The position numbers and the translations under genes are program-made. A stretch of 38,343 nt of DNA from Ministeria vibrans ATCC 50519 (lineage: Eukaryota; Protista; Filasterea), in assembly GCA_943704425.1 (NCBI GenBank), contig CALSCP010001301.1:4957-43299 (forward strand), written 5' to 3'. The notes below the pieces were generated by a model. That model did no database searches, was not told where the DNA came from, and was given only the letters and a program-made list of their open reading frames with translations. This document shows, piece by piece, positions 1 to 12,583 of the stretch. How positions within the stretch are numbered: the first letter of the stretch is position 1; the number at the start of each line of letters is the position of its first letter.

Positions 1-12
1 TTTTTTTTTTAC

Positions 13-85
13 CGTCATTGGTATTGATCGACGACAAGCCAGTCGATTGGATCGACTTGCTCAACAATGGGTCGCGCTCGTCCAT
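13..85 (-). CDS. First exon of a gene running off the left edge; N-terminal acidic dileucine motif suggests an endolysosomal membrane protein
   Basis: Minus-strand ATG at 85 gives MDERDPLLSKSIQSTGLSSINTND, followed by donor G|GTAAAA at 12. ERDPLL fits the [DE]xxxLL sorting signal. Divergent from the ATG at 236. Confidence 0.5.
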
Positions 86-235
86 GTCGAACAAAGAAAA
101 ATAGATTATGATAATATGATTTGATAATTAGAACTTTGAAGAAGAGGCAAAAAGGCAGCGCAAGTGAATAACTGAGTTTCAGTTTTACACAATACACACA
201 TTTTTTTGTCATTGTTGGTGTATACGTTTCCCATC

Positions 236-1476
236 ATGAGAGTCTCCAGCTTGCGATCGATGTGTATTGAAGCGCTAGCACGAGACGCGGACGCCTGGTT
301 TGCGGAGATTGATGCCATGGCGATGATGATTCCTACTTTTCGTTACCTGAGCGGACCGCTCGACCATTTGTCGGAGGCAGACGCCCAACTTCTTGTAAAG
401 CAACTTGGCAAGCTTGGACGGCTCACCCAATCGCGTCTGGAGTTCGTGGTGAATGCGAATTTGACGTCGGTTGATCTCCGCCAAGCGAATGATCTTGCGA
501 CCGACGCATTAATAGCGCGAATATGCCAGCGCTCCAAGGTGCGTCTGTCTGGCACACTGCCCCTGACCCTTTGTCTTGTCTTGCGCTCCTCGCGTTCTAC
601 CATTCTTCTTATTTTGTCGTTTCTTTTGTGTGTGTGTGTGTGTGTTGCGCAACCATACTAATAATAATACTATAATAATATGAGTAGAGACTTTGTCAAA
701 TCATCCTCACAAACTGTCGGCGAGTGACGCTCTTTCCAGCAATGGATCACACCACGGCGGCAACCCAAGAGAGTCTGGCGATGGTTAATGTGAGTGGGTG
801 TCCTATGCTACGTGACGCGTCTCTTGCCACCCTTGCCGAGTGTCCCAACCTGTGTGAACTTCGCGTGGCTGGCCTTGAGCGTCTTGAAGGCGAGGCGCTC
901 GTGAGGATAGCTAAAAGCTGTCAATATCTACGCGTGATTGACGTGACGCGTTGTTCACGACTGCGAGCGAGTCTGCTCCAACAAACGGTATGTCACACAC
1001 ACCGCCTTGAAGAGCTCATTGCGACCGACTGCCTCCAATTTGGCCACGGGATGCTCCTTGCCTTGGCTGGACGCCCCTTGAAAAGACTCGATTGTGGCTT
1101 TTGGGGCGAATTTGCCGACGAAAAGGAACTTGCCTGTCCCGACAGGGAGCGCAGCGAGCTCGCACGCGCCATTGCCGACAGCAGTGTTTTAACATTCTTC
1201 ACGGATAGCACGACACGCACTACATTGCTTCATGTCAATCTGGACGGCTGTGTTGTGACTCCGGCTGCATGTATGGGTCTAAGCGAGTGTACGCACCTTG
1301 AGTCCCTTTCACTCTCGTCCACCAGCATGGACGTCAATCAACTGCGCGCCCTTCTCCCCGCTCTCAGCGCCACTTTGCGTTCATTTCGTCATCTTCATGG
1401 CCTGCTTGACTCCGACGAAATTGTTTCTTTGTGTTCAAGTACTTGCCTTGAAGTCACCGTCACTGCTACTCTCTGA
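236..1476 (+). CDS. Leucine-rich-repeat protein (AMN1/FBXL-like LRRs) with an N-terminal BC-box-like motif; putative Cullin-RING substrate receptor
   Basis: Exon 1 is 236-538, intron 539-687 (GTGCGT...TAG), exon 2 is 688-1476 in frame. Cys-containing LRRs include LAMVNVSGCPML, LRVIDVTRCSRL, LEELIATDC and LLHVNLDGC. N-terminal SLRSMCIEAL matches the [STP]LxxxCxxx[AILV] BC-box. Confidence 0.7.
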
Positions 1477-1816
1477 TATACAATTGCTATAATATTATTA
1501 TTTCTTTTTATATTCTCTTATTATTATTATTATTACTATTATGGTTGTAAATCTGCGATTAACTCACTGGATAGCGATTGTATTCGTGCTTTTGTTGTTG
1601 TTCCTGGTGACTGTATCATGAATAAATGAGTTGTATTCTTCTTTAATTAGAGTATAAAATCCTGCTGACATGCGAAACAACTCAAACAAAGAGCAAATAT
1701 TTGAGATTAATGCTTTTATCGTAATTCCTAGGAGAATTGGGGAATGACTCAATAGATGTAGGTCTAAAACTGAAACAATCCTAGGTCATAACAAAACGCA
1801 TTAAAACTTTGTCTTT

Positions 1817-1876
1817 GACTGACTCACTCGCTCACTTACTTACTCACTCACTCACTCACTCACTCACTCACTCACT
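1817..1876. repeat. (ACTC)n microsatellite
   Basis: Imperfect tetranucleotide run directly visible upstream of the CHERP ATG. Confidence 0.9.
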
Positions 1877-1907
1877 CTTTGTTAGTTTCATTTTCAGTCG
1901 GTTTGCT

Positions 1908-4304
<2,397 letters not shown>

Positions 4305-4397
4305 CTAAAATCGAACGTCCAAAGTCGGATCAAAAAAGGAAAAAGATGTCCAGACTTTTAATCGCTCGCTCCCGTCGCTCTGCACACGCAATACACT

Positions 4398-7300
4398 TTA
4401 GACACTGGTGCCGTCGTCGCCTGCTCGACTGATCTCCAACGCCTTCTTGAGGTCCGCCATCTCCTTCTGTCGCGCCTGTTCCTGTGCGTCTTGCGCGTCC
4501 CGACTCTCCTTGAGCGCCCACGCCAATGCAGTGTCGCCCTATAGACCAAAAAAACAAAGACACATGAATGACAAATATCTGTTTCTCTCTGTCGCTCTGT
4601 CTCTCATCTTCATACCCCGTCACCAAAGGGATCATCATCATCGTTTGAGGGTGCAGCAACGACTACGCCTGCCGGTGCAAACGGATCGTCAGCGGCTGCT
4701 GCACAAGACACGGCTGGAAGGTCGTCGAGAGAGGCCGGGAAGGACGCGTCAAAGGTGGCAGACTCGGCTGCAAACATGTCTGTAGCCGACGTGCCTTTGG
4801 CGCCGTCCAGCGTCGTCTTGACTGCCGAAGGGGTCGTGTCAAATGACGCCGCAAACGGATCTAATAACACACACAAAAAAAGAAAAAAAAGAAAGAAAAA
4901 AAGAATCACATGTGCCACTCTTGATTCTCCACTAAACATACCGTCAGTGGAAAGTTTCTTGACAGCAAATGGATCGTCGGAAGCAGCAAAAGGATCGCTG
5001 TTGTTGTTGTTGTTGGAGACGGCGAACGGGTCGGCCGCGGCCTTTGTCGTGCCGCCGCTCACCGCAAACGGATCGTCTGTGGTTGATGCGGCGGCCGCGG
5101 TGAACGGGTCCGCGATGGTGGGGGTGGTGGGGACGGCAAAGGGGTCATCCGTGGCATCAGATGATGTGCCTGTAACGGCAAATGGATCGTCGGACGACGC
5201 AGACGCACCCCAAGGATCGTCGGCGACGGCGGCACCTGTGGAGTCGACAGTAGTGGAGGAAGAAAAAGGAGCAGTGGTGGCGAAAGGATCGTCGATGGCA
5301 GCAGCAAAGGGGTCGGGAGTAGCGGCTGCTGGCACAGGCGTTGTCGTCGTCGATGTTGTCGACGCATCTTTGACACTAGCGGGCGCAAAAGGATCGGCAA
5401 AGGAAGCGGGCGTATCGGCCACAGCGAAGGGATCGGTCGTGGGAGAGGTAGAGCCGTCAGCAAACGGATCAAAGTCAGGCGAGTCGGGAACAGCAGCAGT
5501 AGCAGACGCAGAAACAGCCGTCGTAGCAGCACCCTCAGCAGAGGATGGTAGAGGAAGAGAAGAAGAAGAAGAAGCATCGGCAACAGGTGTTGCAGCAGAC
5601 GACGTGGCGGGTGCGAATGGATCGGAGTCCGCATTGTCTTCGCTTGCGCCAGCCGCTTCTTGTTGACCTGTTGTGGTTGCAACGGCAGTGGCAGCCGCGC
5701 CACCTTCGCGCTCGAGTTCCTTAAGACGCACCTGAAGCTGTTCGGTCTCGCGACGAGCCTTGTCCGAGTCCTTTTCGACCTGGCGAATGCTATCATCGAG
5801 CTTGGCAGCTTCGGCGCGCGACCTGTCGTATTCGGCCGACAGTGTCGCCTCGGTTGCGTTGAGGTCGGCCAGCTCCTTCTTCTGACGCTCGAGTTCGACC
5901 TCGCGCTCCTTGAGCGTCCTCTGCTCGTCCTGAATGCGTGTGCGCAGCTTCTCGACTTCGGCTGACTCCACTTCGAAATTTCGACGGGCATTCTCGACGG
6001 CCGCCTCCATCTCAGCGAGTTGTGTCGACACAGCGTCCAGTTCCTTTTCGGTCGTCTCACGTTCGTGTCGAGCGGTCTCCAGCTCACCGTTGACGTCACG
6101 CAACTGAATCTCGAGCGCGTGCACCTCGGTACGTTTGCTTTCGACCGAGATGGCCTTCTCGCCGGCGTCTTTGAGCACCTCGCCAAGCTCTGCCTTGGCC
6201 GCGTCGACCTTGTTGGCCATGTCGGTGAGTTCCTGTGCCGACTCGCTTGCGCCTTCGTTGGGCATGGGAGGAGCGCTCGCGAGCATGGTCGAGAGCAACG
6301 AGGGTGCTTCGGGTCGCGACGCGCTGGGCGCTGGAGAGGCACTCGCGGACACGACAGAAGTAGCGACGGCGATCGGTGTAGTAGTAGGGGTCAAGGAGAG
6401 GTTGGAGGGCGAGCGAGCGACGGGAGCCGAATATTGTCGTCGTGAAGGGGGCACCATGTTGGGCGCGAGCTGATCGGGCAACTCAACGCCGCGTCGTTTC
6501 GCTGCCAGTAGGTGGAGAGCCAGCGCAAATTCCTCGTTGTTGATCAGGCCCGAGGTGGTGTCGTGCGCCACAAGGGACCATGTTTTGGCGAGGATGGCGG
6601 CGCTCAGTCCCGACTTGAGCATTGTCTCTTTTGCCTCGGCGCCCGAAATAAGGCCGTCGTTGTTGGTGTCAAGCTTCTTGAAGAGCTGTGTGTACTGTGA
6701 GAGGACCAGGGGGGTGACCACCCAGGCCGAGACAGGCGACGATGCAGTTGTCGTTGTCGCCAACGGGGTCGCGGTCGCAGTTGTGGTCGTGGTCTGTGGC
6801 GTTGCCGGAGTGGAGGACACAGACGAAGCACCTCCGGCACGCTTTGAGGGTGGAATGAGAGTGGGTGCGAGGGTGTCGGGCACGGGGGTGCCGGCGAGCG
6901 CCGCGTAGACGAGATGCATGGAGACGGCGAACTCGTCGGCGTCGAGGCACCCGTCGTTGTCCATGTCGGCGAGAGTCCACACTTTGGCGAGAGTCTCCGT
7001 AGGCAACTGAGACATCATGAGGATACCCTTGGCAACGTCACCATTGAGTTTGCCGTCGGTAGGGTGGTTCGACTGAAACAATTGATCGTAGCGAGTCTTT
7101 TCCGTCACGCCAATGTCCCACTGAGAAGCGCCTCCGTCGAGATTTGCCGGAGCAAACGGCGAGGTGGACACAAGAAGGGTCTCGTCAACGGAGCGACCGG
7201 CCTGCGCCGCGGCCACAAGGCGCAGGGCCGCCGAGAGACGATCGCAACTGAATCCGCCACTCGTCGGGTCTGCCGCCACACGCCAAATCTGCTGCAGCAC

Positions 7301-7410
7301 CGGGGCATCCAGGCCGCTCTGTCGAAGCAGCGGCACTACTGCATCGTCTGGCACAAGGCCACCCGGTCCTTTCGTTGCCTTTTTCCACAAATCAGAGAGA
7401 GAGAGAAGAC
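4398..7410 (-). CDS. EPS15: EPS15-like endocytic adaptor (3 EH domains, coiled coil, DPF repeats, 2 C-terminal UIMs); 5' end lost near an assembly gap
   Basis: EH motifs LRQSGLDAPVLQQIW, MSQLPTETLAKVWTLADMDNDGCLDADEF and LKSGLSAAILAKTWSLV. Heptad coiled coil and many DPF motifs follow. Last exon 4538-4398 (ALAWALKESRDAQ...EMADLKKALEISR) matches the EPS15 tandem UIMs. Introns at about 4861-4941 and 4539-4615. No ATG is visible before the gap at ~7426-7435. Confidence 0.92.
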
Positions 7411-7482
7411 AGACAGACAAAAAAAANNNNNNNNNCGACTATCCGCTGAGAATGACGATTATGGCTCCCTCCCCCCTGCATC

Positions 7483-8964
7483 ATGATCGACGTGCAGCTT
7501 GCCAATGCGGACCTGTGGTCGGCCTTTCACCGACACACGACAGAAATGATTCTCACTCGAAACGGCCGGTATTGCATCGCTGTCGCTCTCTCGCTTCCGC
7601 TTTCTCCGTCACACGCACAATCACTCGTTCTACTCTGCCTTTTCTCTCTTTCCATCAAAAATGTGTGAAAAACCCCCTTTTTTTCTTTTTTTTTTTTTTT
7701 TTTTTTCGACTCGCACTGGCAAAAACAGAGCCATGTTCGCACGCGTTCTCTTCACGTGCGACACGCGTGCCATATGTTCTATCTTAATCACGGCTGCTTC
7801 TGCTCCGTTTGCTATTGTACATGCCTATTTTTCCCGCTACGCTCTTGACAAGTGCGAACATTAACAACCTCGCACAACACAACGCGCGCGTTCTCGTCCG
7901 ATTCCCATTCGCAAGGCTCACTTTTTGTTGCATGCCTACTCGACACTCCCTCCCCCCTTTCTTATTGACGTGCTGACGATTCGTACCGGCCTCGGCGCGA
8001 GATGGGTCGCTGAAGTTGGTCGTTCTGTTGACTTAATCTCTCTCTCTCTCTCGCACTTGACTTTGCAGATGTCTCTTTCCCGTTCCACGCTTCAGCTTTC
8101 AAGGCCTCAAGGCGAGCCAGGAGTATGAAGTGGCACTTCTCATTGTGCCCGTGTCACCCAATCGCTGGCATTGGCGTAGCGACAGTCAGACGTGGGATCT
8201 GACTAGCAAACGGCCTACGGGTGGCGTTGCTGAAGCCAAACTGTACACCCACCCGACGTCGCCCGTTTCGGGCGCAACCCTCATGTCTAGTGAACTCCAC
8301 TTCCAGAAGCTGAAAATCACCAACACGGCCAACTCTCCGTTACACACGGTGCTCCTGTCGCTCGTCAAGTACTCCCTGCACGTCCGCCTGAGAGCCGTCG
8401 GCTCCTCGACCGACCTCATCTGCAAACCCTTTCCCCTCACCGAATTCATTGCGGTCACCGTCTATCAGAACTGGGACATTCGTCGTCTCAAGAAAGAAAC
8501 TAATCCACACGCGGGTCTGCCTTGTGGTCTGTCAGACACGACGGCCACCTTGCCCAGCTCGAGTTCGAGTTCGCGCCATCCACGACGCAAACGACAAAAA
8601 CCGAACCGTGCGCTGGAAGACAGTGGTAGTGGGGGCGATCTCAACGATGAGACAGACGAAGATGGTGCTGTCGTGGGAGTAGGCGGCGTGGGTGCGTACG
8701 ACATGGAGGGTGGCGGCCGTCGAAGCGCTGCCAACGGTGACACTTGGAGCAGCAAGGAAAAGAGCAAGAAACGCAAGCGCAGCGTTTCTGTGCCGAAACC
8801 GCATCCGCCTCTCATCAGTGGCCATCACCCGCATCATATGTACCGACCAACGCCCGATCAGATGGGCGTAGGCGGCAACCTGAACGGCCGCAACAACGGC
8901 GACGCACGCCACGACGAGGGCGAGCAAGGGACTGATGTTGGCGCGGACGAAGAGTACCAGGAAA

Positions 8965-9007
<43 letters not shown>

Positions 9008-10522
9008 CGACGATGATGAGTACGACGTTGATACGGAGATGGGTGGTGCACACAATCGGCGACGTCGATCCCAGCATCAGCACCAGCGACGGTTGTCGCG
9101 CACGCAGCAACACGGCGACACGACTGCCGATTTGTCAACGGCGCACGGTGGGCTACAGCCACAGACGTCGCGTTCGCTTGTGGTCAACACTATTGCTCCC
9201 ATTGCGCCTGGCGTGGTCGTACCCAGTGGCGTCTACCAGTCGGACAGTCGACACCACATTGCCAAGTCGTATTCGGGCACCAACAACTACGAATGGCAAC
9301 AGCTCATCAACGGCCAACAACAGCAACAGCATCAGCTCTTGCAAGCGCAGCTGCAACAGCAGGTCCATTTCAAGCAGCAATCCCAACATGCGGCTTCAAC
9401 AGCACCCGAAATAGCCACTCAGCAACCAACACCACCACCACCACAACAGCAGCAGCAGCAGCAACAACCGTTACCAACCACACCACTTGCGCTGCGCCAC
9501 CAGCGTCAACAAAGTGCTCTCTTGGACAAACGCTTCCGTCAGGTGGGCATTGCCATGTCGGAATCACAGCAGCTGCAAGTGCTCAATGAACTGGCGCAGC
9601 AAGAGATTCTCGACCAGGTGCTACATGCCGACACGTCCAAACTACAGTCGCTCATTAGCTCGCCGTCGCTATCTCACATCCTCTTCTCCGCCGGCATTTG
9701 TTCCAACGATTCGCCCGCGCCGACGTCGGATTTGCCTCACACACGTCCCTCGGCGAGCATCACGGCCATCAACGCACTGTTTGCACCGCGTGCACCGTCG
9801 CGTCTCTTGCACTCGAGCAGTCGCATGATTCTGCCGGGTGCCCGTCCCAACGGCAACCCCCATGCCTTTCCCCCTCCCCCTCGCCCGCAATTTCGATCAC
9901 CTCAACAACCACCATCGATGAAACAACCACAGCCACAGCCACAGCAATCACCGCAACAACACCAGCAGCAGTCGACAGCGTCCTCCTCTCCAATTCCGCG
10001 CCAGCTCAGTCGCTCCATTTCCGCGCAATTTGTGGCGGACAGCGCAGCTGCGTCGCCCTCACAGTATCTCATTCCATCCAATTCCCTGACACATTTGCAA
10101 CACTCGAGCAGTGCCGAGCAAGTCTTCGCACCCCCACCTTCGTCTGCACTTCAACAGTCACTCTCTCGCGACTTCCTCAACTCTCTGTCACGCACTAGTG
10201 TCCTGAACTTCAACCCACAGCTCGCCAGTGCACCCGCCCCCACACATCAACCCCAATCTACCTCCCCATCCGCTGCACCTTTGTCCACTTCCACCTTGGC
10301 CACAGCCTTGGTCCAAGGCGATTCCTCGTCGTCGCCTCCGCCCGAGAGCGCCTGGACCGCACCCTTGAAGCCAACGGCAATTCTCCTACAGCAGGGCAAA
10401 TGGAAGCACGCTCTGTGTCCCGACACGGGTCGTGCCACAATGTACATGTCTGACGAAGGGATACCTCTCGATCCCATTCCTGTGGTACGTCTTTTTAAAT
10501 AATAATAATAATAATAATAATA

Positions 10523-10557
<35 letters not shown>

Positions 10558-11041
10558 TATAATAAATAAAAATAACAATAATAATAATAACAATAATAAT
10601 AATAATAATTATTATTATTATTATTATAATATAATAATGATAAAATTGTCTTTCTTTCAATTTTCCATTCTCTAGATTCAACTGTACTCGCTTGACACCA
10701 CCTCTGCCTACAGCATGGACATTGTGTTTGAGTCGTTGCTGCCCGAGACGCCCAGCGTCACTGTGACACACCCAGACAGTCCCAATGTGGGCTCGCAATG
10801 GCTCTCGCAGTTGGTAAACTGCTCCATGTTTGTCCTTTCGCCTGCCGCCACCCCGGACGAGAGTGTCGCCGAGGTACTCACCTCCTCCAAACTCATTCGC
10901 GTGCGTCTCATGCCCGGCGAACACTACCTTATTCGTCTGGTGGTACGGCAAGTGCCTCCCTCGGGCGACGAGTCCTCTTGTATTACCGCACTCGACACGA
11001 CCTTTCCCTCGACTGCTTTTACTGCCCGTGTACAACAGTAA
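7483..11041 (+). CDS. T-box transcription factor with an N-terminal T-box domain, long acidic/Gln/Pro-rich linker and a second degenerate T-box-like domain
   Basis: Exons 7483-7568, 8069-10484 and 10676-11041. T-box 1: LWSAFHRHTTEMILTRNGR|CLFP...NRWHW...YTHPTSPVSGATLM...FQKLKITN...FPLTEFIAVTVYQN...NPHA. Basic NLS-like stretches RRKRQK and KKRKR. C-terminal domain contains HPDSPNVGSQWL and FPSTAFTA. Confidence 0.9.
10498..10640. repeat. (TAA)n/(TTA)n microsatellite in T-box intron 2
   Basis: Visible run between donor GTG|GTACGT (10485) and acceptor TCTAG (10675). Confidence 0.95.
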
Positions 11042-11213
11042 AAAGAAAAAAATGCGCCAAATCGTTTTTTTTATATATATAATCGGTCAGCAATCTCCAC
11101 CTCATCACTAACGACTGATTAGTGACTACTGGTCACTGTCTACTGAGTCCAGTAATGCACGACTACCCTGTTAAGACGGACTTTGAAATGAAGTGAAAAG
11201 TGAAAGATTCGGT

Positions 11214-11255
11214 ATTGCTCAACATTTAGCATTGCGCAATGAAATGTGGCGCAAT
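11214..11255. promoter_or_regulatory. Cluster of three C/EBP-like bZIP sites upstream of the eEF2 paralog
   Basis: ATTGCTCAAC (11214-11223), perfect palindrome CATTGCGCAATG (11230-11241) and GTGGCGCAAT (11246-11255). ATTGCGCAAT is the canonical C/EBP site. Function is inferred only. Confidence 0.35.
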
Positions 11256-11516
11256 CCGATTCCTTATAAAATGATCACAATCCAAAATCGAATCACTCTT
11301 TTTCACCACTTCCACCCTCAGAGGCTTGTGTACTCACCCCAGCCTTTACCAATACCCCAAGCGACCCTTGTGACTTAGCTCACTCTCTTCCTTTTCCACA
11401 TAATGTAAGTCCCGTTTCACTCGACCCAACAAAAGTTACTCACACACTCTCGTCCGCCTTAGCTTTTTGGCCTGTCGTCGCCCCTTTACACAGCTACACG
11501 CTAGTGATGGAGGACG

Positions 11517-11683
11517 ATGCTGATTGTTACCCCCGCGGTCGCCACAGCACAGATCAATATCAACATGAAGAACACCAAAGTTAGATCACATCAACAGCGG
11601 ACGCGCAACGTCGCCATCATTGCACACGTCGATCACGGCAAGACAACGCTCTCCGACAGTCTCCTACACCGCGCCGGAAAGTA

Positions 11684-11774
<91 letters not shown>

Positions 11775-12551
11775 NNNNNNNNNNTTTTTTGTCTCTTGGT
11801 CTTATTAGTCTTCGCGAAGACGGCATTGGCACCACCTGCTCGTTGGATTCGGACGAGCAGGAGAAGGCACGCGGCATTACCATCAATTCGACGGGAATTC
11901 GCCTGCGCTACACCGACTATGGCCCGCCAGTGACGTCGTCGAGTGCCATGCCGGACAGCGACCTGTCTGCTGCAACCACCACCACCACCACCACCACCAC
12001 CACCGCCACCACCACCACCACCACCACTACCACCACCTCGCTGTACATTGGCAATGTTCCCTGGCACTTGGCCGAGCACGACGATCTGGGCCTGGCTGTG
12101 CTGCGCAAATTGCTCGAGGAGCGCGCCGGTGCCAAGTCGGTCATCGACTTGACTGTTCGTCCCAAGCGCGGCTTTGCCATGGCGACCCTCTCGAGCACCA
12201 CAGCCGTGGATGCGTGCCTTGCACCCCCCGCGTTGCATCTTGAGGGTCGTGACCTTCAGCTGGCCGCCCACGGCGACGCTCCTCAACAGCGTCTGGCGGC
12301 GTGGTGTCGTGAACAGGGCTGGCGTCCCCCGGCCTACACGGAGACGTCAACGAGTCTTCCGGGCGCCGCACTCGTTTCTGTTGCCATCGACTCGGCTGAC
12401 ACTCCGGGCGCCCGACGCTTTTTCTTGTCCCCGCAACCATCAGCAACGGTCAAGGAGGCGCGACACGCTGCTGCCTCGGCAGCCCTTGACGCTCTGGTGG
12501 TTCCTACTATGACTGGCGTTGTGGAGGACAGTGACAACAACAACAACAACG

Positions 12552-12583
<32 letters not shown>

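Noticed and set aside
4755-6908. Long antisense or alternate-frame ORFs over EPS15 (and similarly over SWR1, eEF2 and the EGF gene)
   Set aside because: Expected shadow ORFs of GC-rich coding DNA, with no domain signatures.
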